A stretch of DNA of 64,000 nucleotides from Tetramitus jugosus (lineage: Eukaryota > Protista > Heterolobosea), in the NCBI GenBank assembly GCA_937625935.1, contig OW569380.1:310001-374000 (forward strand), read 5' to 3'. Shown in pieces: positions 45,448 to 59,400 of this stretch. Under the pieces are notes generated by a model that saw only the letters and a list, made by a program, of their open reading frames with translations, had not been told where the DNA came from and made no database searches. Within the stretch, counting starts at the first letter, position 1. Each line of letters begins with the position of its first letter. The position numbers and the translations under genes are program-made.

Positions 45448-46266
45448 ATGAAACTGTTCATTGTTTTGTTTTGTCTCCTTGCCTGGGCTACTCTATTGCA
45501 TGGTAAGTCTATTAGACGTGTTAGAAATATCAAGCTCCAGTGTGGTACGTTCACTTGCGTCACTGGAGAAGTGTGTTGCTCCAACAACTTGATTGGCCCA
45601 TCTTCCGTGTGCTACAATCCCAATGTGCTCACTTGTCCGGCCGATCAATTCCAATCAGGAAAGAATTGCTTGTGTGGAAAGAATACTGGATGCTGTAAGG
45701 GCAATTGCTTCAACACCAATGATGCATTCTGTGATACTACTACAGGACAAATCAAGATAAAGCCACTGGGTATCCAGTGTGGTCCTCTCAATTGTATCAT
45801 TGGAGACAAGTGCTGCTCCAACAATGTTGTCGGAGGAACCTTTAGATGCTACAACTCTGCTACTGCTACGTGCTTACCTGACGTGTTCATTCCCAGTCAG
45901 AATTGTCTCTGTGGTATCAATGATCGATGCTGCAAGGGAGTGTGTTACGATGCTCGTACGTTCAAGTGTTCTTCTACTGGTCAAGTCGTACTGATCAACC
46001 CTCCTCCTAATCCACCTCCATCTGGTCAGCAATGTGGTCCTTCTCTTCGCTGCACCGGAACAGATCAGTGTTGCTCCAGTAACGTAGTAGGAAATGCATT
46101 TTCATGCTTCAATCCCAATAATCTCTCGTGTAACGCTGATCAATTCAAACCAGCTCAAAACTGTCTCTGTGGCAAAGGAGCTGGATGTTGCAACGGAGTT
46201 TGTTTCAATCCTTCAGATGCTACCTGCAACACATCTACCGGACAACTAGTGTTCATCCCCCATTAA
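45448..46266 (+). CDS. Secreted cysteine-rich protein with three tandem ~75-80-aa repeats (CBM52-like)
   Basis: Signal peptide MKLFIVLFCLLAWATLLHG. Three units of QCG..C....CCSNN..G...C(Y/F)N.....C..D.F....NCLCG....CC.G.C(F/Y)......C...TGQ, with a Pro-rich linker before unit 3. Confidence 0.85.
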   Translation: MKLFIVLFCLLAWATLLHGKSIRRVRNIKLQCGTFTCVTGEVCCSNNLIGPSSVCYNPNVLTCPADQFQSGKNCLCGKNTGCCKGNCFNTNDAFCDTTTGQIKIKPLGIQCGPLNCIIGDKCCSNNVVGGTFRCYNSATATCLPDVFIPSQNCLCGINDRCCKGVCYDARTFKCSSTGQVVLINPPPNPPPSGQQCGPSLRCTGTDQCCSSNVVGNAFSCFNPNNLSCNADQFKPAQNCLCGKGAGCCNGVCFNPSDATCNTSTGQLVFIPH

Positions 46267-46943
46267 GAACTAAAGTCCCTAATTCATTTGTAAATATCAC
46301 TCAATAAATGGTCTCGAGTTTTTGGATTGAACCTAAAAAGTTTGTTGAACTCTTCTGAACATCATTCAATTCCATTTCAAAATAAGCATTTTTGACTGGA
46401 TGGATGGCCATCATAAAACATATCGAATTTTAAACATATGCACGGAGAGGAAGACATAAGTCCTGGACTTTAAGTGTATGTTCGTTAAGAGGAAAGAGAA
46501 GAAAACGCACATGCAGTTCAAATTAAATTACATTTATATTAAAAGAAATTATTGTTAAAATCAGATGTATTCTTATACTACGCAAATTGCGTAAATGAAT
46601 TTATGTAGGCTGTTACTGGTAATACGATTTGATGGAACAGGTGACTCAAAACAATCGCTTGAAATCTTGGGTTTCTCTTTCGTCTTCCATTTCATTTCGG
46701 CTGAAAAAAGTTTGCGTGGGCAAAACAGATCAGACAAGGTTTGGTAAGATGAAGTTATCTTCAATGAACATCAGAAGAACAAGCAATTGTTAAAATCATA
46801 TCCAAACCATCCGGTTTCGTTCTGCGCCCCAAAAAATGGCGGGGCAAAATCAATTATTTTCGATGTGGGATAGAATTTCTCTTTAACGGAAGCAGTTTCT
46901 GAGATTTACGAACGTCTCCCAACACTCACTCATTTATCGAAAA

Positions 46944-49900
46944 ATGATTGTGCACTTGAGTAATGGTTCTTCCATCGATTTGTCAAATCGGTATTCTACC
47001 ATAAGTAACTATTGAGTTCAATCCGATAACTTGTGTTGGACACGGACATTCGCTGACTCCCAGGTTTCTTGACACTACACAGAGCATGAATTGACAGACC
47101 AGGATTATGAATCGATCAAGAATGTGATTCGTTCTTCTGCTTCTCATGAGAGAAGGACTGGCCATGTTCAAGTGGATAGCAGTGAGGAGGATGGTGACGA
47201 CACATCTACTACTAGGAACGACAGCAAGGATGAACAACAACAAAGGATTCTGATGATCCAAATGGAGTTCAATGGTCCTGTTCTCACCAGTCGAGGAATG
47301 AAGAAAATTGCTAGAGGGCTCAAGAAGAATAAAACGATTGAAGAATTGACAATTTGTAGTAAGTAAGAACATTCTGTTTCTACTCATTCATTCATCCTCT
47401 CTAGAGGGGAATATAGCTCTGACATACATTTTCTCAATTGTCTCTCTGTCCTACCTCAACGTGTGTATGTAAAGCCAATAATTATGAGTCTGGTAGTTGG
47501 ATCAAGTACTTGATAGAAGCTCTGATGTCCAACAAGACAATCAAACGTCTCTATTTGTATGATTCACTTTTCCCAAGTGATGCAATCGACTACTGGACGA
47601 TTCTTCTTGAAGAAAAGAGCGTGTTGCAATTGTTGGACATTATGAATATGAAACAGTTCACAAGAGAGCAGCTGAAGGGATTTTTCGGCGCAGTTCAACA
47701 TCACACGAATCTTCGAACATTGCATCTAAGAGGTAAGTACTAGAATCCTGTTCGGTTTAACACCATTTGGTTGTAACTTATTGTTGACAATATTTTACGG
47801 ATGGGATTTGAATCAACGAACTAGGGATGAACAATGAAGCACTGGTGTTTTTGGGTAAAGCTCTGTGTGGAAATTCCGTTCTTACGGATGTATTGATCTT
47901 GGACGTTGATGCAAGTATCACTAGAGAAGGAATTGTAAGCTTTTGTGATGAATTCTTAATCTTGGATAACAACAGTAGAGATGTGGGGCAAGACAACGTA
48001 GTTCAACATATCATGTGTCACTTACAAACATTGACCTTTCAAAGTGCGTCACTTAGTGATGACACTGGTGGAAAAGATCTATATAGAGCATTGAGATCTC
48101 ACAAAGGAAACGTGTTGAGTAAGTTGAACACTGTGAACTTGAGCGCTACGATGATCACTCGACCAATCCAATCAAAAATTAATGAGATTTTGAAAGAGAA
48201 GGTGAGGGAAGCACAAAAAACAACGAAAGACAACAATCCTGACCTTACGGTGACAAACGAGGTTATTCAGTCCGTCAATAATCAACCTTCGACCAGCCTC
48301 GAAGTTGTAAGTAAGAGCGCTCAAGCGACCGAGGAAGTTCTCTTAACAACTCCTACTGCAACAACCATTTCTTCAACGAATAATTGTTCCAATCTGGCAA
48401 TGTCCACAAGTCAGATGGTAGAAGATTCTCGCAAATTATTGCGTCAGAATTCGATGAAACAAGAGTTACTCTTATGTAGGCATGATATTACTTCAGTTCG
48501 AGAAGAAACAAACACCTTAATGAGAACGATAATCTCTGAAAAAGATGTGTGGAAACGCGAATTGAAAGTGTTGACCGAGAAGGTCTCAGATTTGAAAACT
48601 CTTGTCAATAATGAACTAAATGAATCAAGAGAGTCAATTGATGAAGATATCGCTGGTATCATGTCCCAGTTCAGAGAATTGAAAACCAAGTTCGAATCAC
48701 TAGACACAGAATTTCGACATCAAATTGAATATCTAACAGAAAAAGTACTGACTACCGAATCCCTTTCTTCCTCCATTGGAGATATTGTTGATGAACAAAT
48801 TAGTCAGGATCGGCATGATAAACTATCAAACCTCGAGGATCAATTGACTAGTCTGGGGAAAACGATGAACAGAGTGAGGGCAGATATTGATCAAATGATA
48901 ACATTGAAAGTGAACAATCAAGCAACCGATGAAAACACTAAGTTAATTGAACAGATAGTAAACGAACGAATAACTAACCTGAAAACTCAATCGAACGAGG
49001 GTATGTTGTTATTGACAGCAAAACAGGACCAATTGTCGGATCAAGTGATTCAACAACAGAATGACATGAAGAAACGAGCTTATCAAGAAAATCGGAATGA
49101 TAATTACCCTCATCGAGAACTGGCTGATATCATGGTCAAAAAGGATCAACTTCCCTTCTTGATCGAAGCACATATGGATAAGTCCTATAAGCTTAGCAAT
49201 ATTGTAAGGACAATGAAACAAGAGAGAGAAAAATGGGAGACAGAATTGGAACAGTGGAAAAGAGAAAGAGTCAAGGATGATCATCAAACAATTCTCTCTA
49301 GATATGATCGTTCAATTCATGACTTAACATTTCAATTGCAGGAATTAAATGATAACTGGGTACGTAGTCAGAATCAAATTCGAATGAATAGTGAAATCTC
49401 TACGATGAGCCCATACCAGGACAAAGTCCATCTGTGGCAGGAGAGAATGAACAATGAACTGGTACTGAAACTGGACAAAGAAGAATATCAGAACAGTGTC
49501 CAGAAGATCGTTGATAGTGTTCAAGAAGAAATTAGAGGAATAAGGGATGACTCAAGACACTCGGTTTCGACAGCCCATTTCATAGAGGCAATGCAAGAAC
49601 TCAAGGAATCATTCACACTCAAAGTATCGTTGGTTGAAGAGGAGTTACTAGGAATCCTTGAGACAAAGTTGGACACTGAAAAATTTAACAGATATGTGAC
49701 AGAGAATGAAAAACCAGACTCCCCCAAGAGTGTTTTGTCCACCTTCTCCGTTGGATCGGGAAAGAAGTCGATACTATCGACAACCAAAGGAACTCCTTCT
49801 CAACAGAAACAATCTTTGACGATGAAGAACCAGATGAAGACCATTCTCTTGGATAATGTTCAAATGAAGATACACATGAACGAGGTGAAGAAAGATATTG

Positions 49901-50391
49901 CCCGGATGGAAGAGAGAACAAACCTTCATCAGTTCTCTCAGTTGTTAGCAGAGAAGTTGTCCGCTGATGATGTGAAACAATTGTTGACTACTAAAATTTC
50001 GAAGATCGAAGCACTGATTAAAACTGAGTTGTCTCAGAGTATGCAGTCAGTTAGGGAACAATTTGCCACACAAGAACTCCTGAACAGTCGAATGAACCAA
50101 ATTGAAGGGAACGTAAGTGAGAAAATCCAACTGGCACAACTCGTGGAGGATTTGAACCAAAGGTTGAACAACCAAAGAGAACACAATGCTCAACTTGAAT
50201 CAGAACTGCACTCAATTGAGAAGAAGCAACACAACCAATGGAATCACGAACTCAATTTGTTGAAACAACAGAATGAACAATTGCAAAAGGACATGGAAAA
50301 AATCCGAACAACTGTCATCGCCAACTCGAGGGAGCCTTCATTCTTCGCCAAGATTCTCTCTTGTTTCGGTGTGTGTTCATGTTTGGGATGA
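46944..50391 (+). CDS. RNI-like leucine-rich-repeat plus long coiled-coil protein, 4 exons
   Basis: Introns 47005-47082, 47359-47474 and 47733-47824 are phase-compatible. Repeats IARGLKKNKTIEELTI, LIEALMSNKTIKRLYL, VQHHTNLRTLHL, LGKALCGNSVLTDV; C-terminal coiled coil; Cys-rich end. Confidence 0.8.
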
Positions 50392-50430
50392 GTAACTTAT
50401 CAATATTCTTAATTTTATTTAGCTTGTTTT

Positions 50431-53400
50431 TTAGTTTTGGGGAGGTGATCCAAGGACAACTTGAACTTGGTGAGCATTACCATCATCAACCAATAAAATT
50501 CTATCGGCATCAGAGGTCTGTAGACCGTCCAATGTGGCTCTGATAGGAACAACATTTTCTTCATCAGTATTCTTAACAAAGTTGATGTGATACTTGCTCT
50601 TTCCAAATCTGTAGTGTACCTTGAACTCCTTCCATTCCTTGCGAGGGCAAGGACTGAACACCAAGTAGTCGCCAGATCTGTTTACACCAATCATTTGTTC
50701 GATGATTAGTCTGTACATCCAACCTGCACTACCAGTGTACCAAGTCCATCCACCACGACCTTCGTGTCCCTTCAGTGTGTACACATCAGCTGAAACAACA
50801 TAGGGTTCAACTCTGTACTGATCCAATTCTTGCTTTGTTCTTGTGTGGTTGATTGGATTCAACATGTCAAACAAGTACCAAGACTTGTTCGCATCTCGGA
50901 GCTTAGTGTACGCCCAAACCATCCAGATGGCAGCATGAGTGTATTGACCACCGTTCTCTCTAACACCAGGTGCATAGCCCTTAATGTATCCAGGGTTCAA
51001 ATGAGACTTTTCAAAGGGAGGATCAAAGAGTTGAATGAGCTTCAAGTCAGGACGAACCAGTCTATTGAACGCATTCTCCATTCCCTGTAGCGATCTGTCT
51101 TTTCTTGTTGCACCAGAGATGACTGACCAACTCTGCGGCAATGAATCAATCTGGCACTCATCGCACTCCTTGGATCCCAATGGTTCTCCATTGTCAAAGT
51201 ATGCTCTTCGGTACCATGAGCCATCCCAGGCATTTTCTTCAATGTTTTCACTGAGACGAGTCTTTTGTTCATGAGACAATTGAATGAATTCTTCATCATG
51301 CTTCAACTCGGCAACCGTTTCAAATCTCTCCATCACATGATAGAGGAAGTACGCCAACCAAACTGATTCACCCTTTCCGTGAATACCAACCAGGTTCATA
51401 CCGTCATTCCAATCACCACAACCCATCAATGGCAAGCCATGAGAGCCAAACTTGAGACCATAACGAATACTTCTCAAACAGTGCTCGTACACAGAGGCAG
51501 AAACATCGCTGATACGAACAACATCATAGTGACTCTCTTCTCCAACGCTCAATTCATGACCAGTCACAAATCTGCACTCAACATCCAGAATGCTCAAATC
51601 ATTGGTCGTCTCAATATAGTATGCCACAGCCAATGGCAGCCACAGATAATCGTCAGAGAACGTTGTACGCACACCTCTGTTTGAAATTGGATGCCACCAA
51701 TGGCACACATCACCCTTCTCATACTGATGTTCACAACATGTGATAATTTGTTGCTTGAGAATGCTTGGGATGCTACCGCAAACAGCAATAGAGTCTTGGA
51801 GCTGATCTCTGAAACCGAATGCACCACTGGATTGATAGAATCCGGATCGACCCCAAATTCTAGCGGACAACACCTGGTACAACAACCATGAGTTGGCCAA
51901 GACATCAACAGAATCATCTGGTGTCTCAATCTGAATTGTGCTCAGTGTTCTCGTCCAGAATGACTTGACTCCCTTCAACAATTGTCTCACAATCAAATTG
52001 GATCTGATGCGCTCAATGAGGTCCATGGCTTGATGCTTGGATCGGTGAGCACCTAAAACAAATGCAACTTCAATGGTTTGACCACTCTCTACGGTAATTG
52101 GCACCATGATTGCACCGCAAGGGTCAAGCGCAGCACCCACAGTTCCACTCAAATGAGTTCTCTCCATGGCAGCAGGCTTGGACAAAGTTCTATTGAATCC
52201 GATAAACTCGGATCTATCACCAGTGATAGTGCACTTGTGACCTACAACGGTGAAGAAACTGACATAGTTGCCAAAGTCGCAATGATAGGCGTTTCTAGCA
52301 AGGATAGCATTGGTGTTGGCAGTCAATTCAACATCCGTAACAATATTTGGAGAGGTTCTGTCTCTCAATTCACCCAATGTCCACTCAACGAATCCACTGA
52401 CAGACAAGTTTCTTGTCCTTCCACTGTCGTTTCTCACCTTGATCAGAATAATCTTGATAGGTTCGTTCTGAGGAACAAATACACGAGTATCAGTGTGAAT
52501 ACCATGATCCTGGTGCTCCCACACGGAATAGCCCATACCATGTCTCACAATGTATGGACTGTTGCTGCTCACTGGCTGAGGCTGAGGAGACCAATACTTG
52601 CCACTGACTTCATCACGAATATAGAAGGCTTCTCCACTACCATCCACAACAATATCATTGTTCCAAGGTGTCAATCTGTACTCATGCGCATTGTCCAACC
52701 AAGTGTAAGCAGAGCCCTTCTCAGAAATGACACTACCAAATTGTTCGTTGGCCAGAATGTTGCACCATGGTTGTGGTGTTGGCTTATTCTTTCCAAGGAG
52801 CATGACATACTCTTGATTCTGCTTGTCGAATCCACCAAACTCATTGCGCATCACAAGACCTCTATCTTCGAGGCTCAATGAAGGTTGAACAATCTTTGTT
52901 GGGGTTACAACATCGTTTGGATTGGCTGTGGTGGTTTCATCTGGTCTCTGAACAAGAGCAGGCACATTGTGGTCCTTTCTGTATTGTCTATTGATTTGAT
53001 CTGTCAATCGACCACCATTATCCGACAAGACAACTCTTGCAACAGAGTACAACAAGATACTCTCAGCTTCATTCAAGTGTTCACCTCTGATTGGGAAGAT
53101 ACCTCCGGACTTTTGAAGCATTTGATGTGTTTCGGCGGATCCACTAATGAGAGACATGATTGCATTCTGCAACTCATCTCTGTAACTCACAGTTTCGTCG
53201 TTCCAAATCACGAAATCACAAATCAATCCCTTGTATCTCATGTAAGTGTGTGCTTGCAACACTTGAGCAATGAGACTAATGTTTTGAACATCACCTATTC
53301 TGACGAGGAGAATTGGCAAGTCACCAGAGATGCCCAATCTCCACAAACCAGTCTGATTCATACGATTCTTTGTAATCAATCCCAATGACGCTCTAAAGTT

Positions 53401-56400
53401 GGCAGAAGAGTACAAGAGGCAACCAGCGAGCTTGGCAAACAATTGTGCCTCAATTTCAGTGATGCCCAACTTGAAGCACAACTTCTCAGAGAACAACCAA
53501 GAATATTCAACCACTCTGTTCGTGCATCTCTTCTTTTGATACTTGGTAATCATCTTCAGAGCTTCTTCACGAGTAAAGGCAACACCAGTCACCAAATCAG
53601 CATGCACAGTCTCTCCTGCTTGCAACTTCAATTGTTGTCTAATGGAAACAACTGGATCCAATGGGAATCCAGAAGAGTTGCTCAATGGACCAATCTCTCC
53701 AGAGAGAGCCAATGGTTGTTGCATGCTGTGACCTCTACCAATAAACTTGAATCGATCTGTTTCGAAACTCATGTCACCCTCTGCGCATCTTGGCTCGTGC
53801 AACAAGAGAATTTGGAAAGCATAGACAACCTGCTCTTTCTCGTCTCTAGGTTGTCTAGAGCACAAAACAGCATTGTAGTCTTCGAGAATCTCACTCTTGA
53901 CAAACAAGTTGCTAAAGGCACGATGAGCAGCATCGACTCTCGAGTGACCCAACACAATCTCACCATATGAGGTCAATTCGAGTCTTCTTGGCTTGGTGCC
54001 TCTGTTGGTCAAGTTGATACGTCTTACTTCGACATCGTCATAAGGAGAAACAGTGACAATGGTTTCAGACAGAATACCGTTCTCATATCTCTTGAATTCA
54101 GCCTTGGCCTGAGAGAACATGGCAGTGTAATTGGACTCTGGAGGAGCCAAGATTGGTGTTGATGTCGTACTCCAAATCTTGTCCTTTTGATCAACATCTC
54201 TCACATAGCAACTGATTCCATAACCGTCGAGTGTAACATCTTCTCTCCATCTAGTGACGGACAGCTCCTTCCATTTGATTTGACCACCACCGTGCACTGA
54301 GACCATGACATGCAATCGACCATTGCTCAACAAGTGAACTTCTGGTGCAGCATACATTTGCAGTCCTTGGTATCTTCGATTTGGAGATGGAAGTTTGTAC
54401 TTTCTATTCATCCATCTCGATGTTTCCTTGGCATTTGGATTGCTGACATAGGGAACCTTTGGAATCTTCTCCTGGAGCAACAGTTCATTGGCGTGCAACT
54501 CTGGAGTGGCGCTGAAACGCTTTTGCATTGGCTTGTCCAACAATGTGTAAGCCAATGCCAACAAACTCATACCTTCGTGATGAGCAAAATAACTTCTAAT
54601 TGGTTGACATGAGACATCGCCTCTCAATCTATGAGGAGTAAAGTCAATCGATTCAATCATACCGTAACCGCCCATGAATCCCATGCTGTTCAACTTTTGC
54701 AAGTTTTGACATGAAGGAACAGGAAGAACCATGAGTGCCAAGGCACTGGCATATGGAGCAATCACCAGATCGTTACTCAAACCTCGCTTGAGACCCAATC
54801 CAGGGACACCAAATGGTCCATATTGATAGACAAGAGTGGCATCCATCATGTTGAATGCACTCTCAGAGATACCCCACGGAACCTTCTTTTGTTCACCGTA
54901 TTCGATTTGACGCTTCACTACAGAGTAGTATGTCTGATCCAACAAGGTGCCAGGCACAGTTGGCATCACCAACAGAGGCATCAAATATTCAAACATACTG
55001 CCGGACCATGACAACAGAGCGTGCTTGTTTGGAGCAACAGATGTCAACAATCTGCTCATGCTGAACCAGTGCTTCACAGGGAATTGACCCTTGGCAATAC
55101 CGACATAACTGCACAGTCTAGCCTCAGAGCAGAACACATCATAATAGGATTGATCGAGATAATTGTGATCCACATTGTAACCAATAGCAATCAAGTTTCT
55201 GGACTGGTTGTACATGAATGTGAAATCTTGTTCAGAGAAATCGTTGGAAATGGATGCCAAGTTGTTAATTGTCTCCAAGCGTTCACGTGAAATGGCAGCT
55301 GCTCTGTTGGCAGCCTTCTCCAACTCACTGTACCACGATGATGGATCAGCTGACTTGCCCTTCTTGGACGCCAAAACAGATGGAAGTTGAGACAAGAGTC
55401 TATAGGATGCAACAGTGACGTTATTAATCTTGTTCAATGCTTCCTTGAGCTCGGAATCAACATCGGATGGCACTTGGTCCAACAGAGAACCAAATGGCAA
55501 CACAGTAGCAATCTCATCGACAAAGTTCTTCAAATGTTGTTCAAACAATTGAGCAAACACCAAGAGTTGTTGTTCTCGAGATCCCTCCACATTTTCAATC
55601 AAATCATCGTCCTCATCAACCATAATTTCTTCTTCATTTTCGTCTGATGACCTCTGCTCTTCCACAGCATTCATCAACTTCTTGGACAATTGAGCAGCAC
55701 TTGATTGCAATCTATTCAACCATTCGACAACATTCTTAATCTTTGCATCAGATGGCATGGAAGCAATCTCCTTCAACATGGATTGGATAGTAGAGGTAAT
55801 GTCTTCTGCATTGTAGTACACGACATCATCGTCGCTCTTCAATGGCTTCTTCATGATTTCCAAGATGCACAGCAAACTGTCCTTCAAACCAACCTTGACT
55901 TGCTCAGCGACAATTGGTCGATCAGCAAACTCCAAGAGACCAGTCTTCAACAGAACCAACAGACCTACCAAATTACCAGAGTCGACTGCAGAGACATACT
56001 TTGGCAACAATGGCTTCAGATTCGAAGTATCATACCAATTGTAAAAGTGACCCTTGTATCGTTCCATCTTGCCCATGGTTTCCAACGTCTTTGCAATTCG
56101 TGCAATGGCTTGACCACTTGTAATATAGCCAAAGTCCCATGCGGAAATGTTGGCCACGAGAGCGAAACCAATGTTGGTTGGTGATGTTCTTCTGGCGTAC
56201 ATTGGCTTAGGGAACTCTTGATAATTGTCCAATGGCAACCAATTGTCTTCATCTCTGACAAATGTCTCAAAGAATCTCCATGTTCTTCTGGAGAGTACAC
56301 GCAAAAAGTCATGTTGCTCCTCAGTGAGCTCCTCTGCTCTCTCTGTCTCTGTTGTTGTACTTGTAACTTGCAATGGCTTGCTCAACCACCAGGCAATCAA

Positions 56401-59400
56401 TGGAGAAGCGGCCCAAACAGGCACCAACAACAAGACAATAGACAAGTTGACAAACAATAGATACCAGGAGAAGGAAGCTGCAGCAGCAGAAGACTTTCCA
56501 AACAAGGTATTAAACACCAGGGACAAGGCAACAAATACGGCGACCATGACACCAGACCACATGGAACGAGCAAACTTGGCCATTTGCCCTGTAAATTGAG
56601 TGGCAGCTGCGGTACTGGTTGTCCACTCGAGCAATTGAGTTCTGGTCACAAACAGACGCATCAACACGCGAATAATGGCATCCACATTGTTGAATGCTTC
56701 GAATGGCAGGAAACACATGGTCAAACCAAAGTCCATCATTCTTCTCATCACACTATATCTCACATTCTCCAAGTGTGTCTCCAGAGTAATATCTTCTGAT
56801 TTATGAGTCAACTGATTGAACAAGTCGATAATCAATGGCAAGATCCAGTTACTGGTCACAGCAAGAGTCGTAATGAGTGGAACGCGTGTTCCAAATGAAG
56901 CACCACTCAACCAACCATACATGAGCACGAGGACCATTGCCAACGGAACGAGAGATCGTCTCAAATTGTCAAAAATCTTCCACTTGGATAGAGTGGTCAA
57001 CGGATTGCGCACCAGTCCCTTGGACAAGCTAGGCACATAGGGCATGACCCATGAAGAAATTTGCCAATCACCTCTGACCCATCTGTGCTTTCTAGAAATG
57101 TCAGTTGCATACGATGAAGGATACTCTTCAATCAACTCGACATCACTCACCAGACCAGATCTCACATAGCAGCCTTCCAACAGATCGTGAGACAAGATTC
57201 TATTCTCTGGGAACTTGTCGCCCAACACTTGCTCAAACACATCGACATGATAGAGACCCTTGCCAATAAAACTTCCTTCACCAAACGCGTCTTGATACAC
57301 GTCACTGACTTCCTTGGTGTACGGATCGAGTCCACTGTCCATGGAATGAATCAGAGCAAACAATGACTTGTGTGCACCAGTGAGACCAACACTGACTCTT
57401 GGTTGCAATAGACCATAACCAGTCACGACACGATCCTTGGATGGATCATACACTGGCACGTTCAATGGATGAGAAGCTGTTTCAATCAATCGTCTAGCTG
57501 CGTCCGATGGCAACAATGTGTCCGTGTCCAACGTAATGACATACTGGATGCTTCTGAGAATAGAAACATCACCGACAATGCACGAGAATGGATCAGGTGA
57601 TCCACCACGCAACAAATTGTTAAAGTTGAGTAATTTTCCTCTCTTACGCTCCCAGCCCATCCATACGCCTTCGGATGGATTGAAGATGCGAGGTCGATGG
57701 AACAGGAAAAAGGTCGAAGCACTACCACTGCTGTTTGGATACATGGTGTTCAATTCTTCGATTCCTCTCTTGGCAGCAGCCAACAAGATGTCATCCTTGT
57801 CGGTTGTCTCTGTCTTTGCGTCCATAAAGTCCGTAATCAAACCAAAGAAAATATTTCGATCTCTGTTAACCAAGTATCTTCTCTGCAAATCGGCAATCAA
57901 CTCTTCGACACCTTCGACACTGGTGAGCATCGTAGGAACAACGACCATGGTTCGATGATCGTCTGATATGCCCTGCTTGTGATAATCCATCTTTGGCATG
58001 GCTCTTGGTCCAACGAGATGAACAATAGCAATGTTGGTGAGTGAGACAGCCAATTGACTGCCCACGAGAAACAGTGCAGGCAGGAACAAGAAGGGAGAGA
58101 ACAGTACTCGAGTGATCAAGTTGCTACTACTATTGTTGCCACCAAAGAGAGACACTCCTGATCTCATGAGCAAAATCAACACTGTCAACACATAAATGAC
58201 CATAATCATCAGAATACTGAACAAGAAGCCAGTGACGGGCACGTTGGTAAAGTGTTGAGTGTGACCAAACATGCGACCCACACGGATGGACCATGGCAAC
58301 TTGTAGTCTTCTCTCTCGTGCAACATGAGAGAACCACGCTCATCCAACAACCAATAACCAATGTGACACTGTCTCTTGAGCATTTGCAACTCGAATTCCT
58401 CTTGTTGCTCTTCAGCGGAAGACTCGTGAGATGTCTTGGATGAGGATGACGACTGTTGTGTCTTTTGCTCCTTTTGCTTCTTGTTGTTGTTGTTGTTGTT
58501 GCCCTTGTTCTGTTCATCATACTCTTTTTGAGCACGAATGGCACACTTGAGTGCAGCCTGAGCCACATCCTTTTCATTCATCTTGTTGCGATGAGCAATT
58601 CTCTCAATTGCATGCCTACAACTGTCTCTGCTGTCAAAGTCTTGCAGCACGTAGACACCACTCGGATCTCTTCTCAGAATGGATTCAGTCAATGACAAAT
58701 TCTCCACAAAGTCCTTCCAGCTGAACACATTGACAAATCGGAGGGATTGAATCGAGTTTCGAATCGTAATCTGATCCACGTGATTCGAATGTCTCTGCGT
58801 ACGACAAATGTTGTCCACATCGAGTCCCTTGGTGCTCAACTGTTGTTCGAGCCAAGTGTTAATGACGGACAATAGAGGATCACTGCCCTGTAATCGCTGA
58901 CTGATTTGCAACACAAAAGAGTTGGAGATTTTGGGATCGGACTGAGACATTTGAAACAGTGTTTGAATCACGTCCTTGCTGCTCTTGTCTGCTGCGACCA
59001 ACAACTTGTCTGCCCAGGCATCTGCCAGATTGCAGTCCTTTCGACGATTGATAATCTCATCGGCCACTCGTCTAATATTCTCCAGTAGGCCCAATCGAAG
59101 CATAATGGGAATACCCCACAGTTCACCAATGTTCAACGGTGCAACCGTCTGATATGCCTTGACAAACTGGTAGACATTGTCCTGTGAGATTTGACCATTG
59201 ACCAGTGAGATGAGCTCCAGAACGAGTCCATAGATTCTAGGAAGGCCAGCCGACTCTGTGTTCAACAGTTTGGGCATCTCCTTGGCAAACCCTGGTGGCA
59301 AATGCTTCTTGGCCATGTGAATATGCTCATTGATCATCCAAAAGTTGTCCACGAGCCATTCATCAGTCGATGTGATTCTTCTGTTGGTCATGATGGCCTC

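Noticed and set aside
50360-50391. C-terminal CFGVCSCLG as a CaaX prenylation signal
   Set aside because: The last four residues are SCLG, so Cys is not at -4; at most a palmitoylation candidate.
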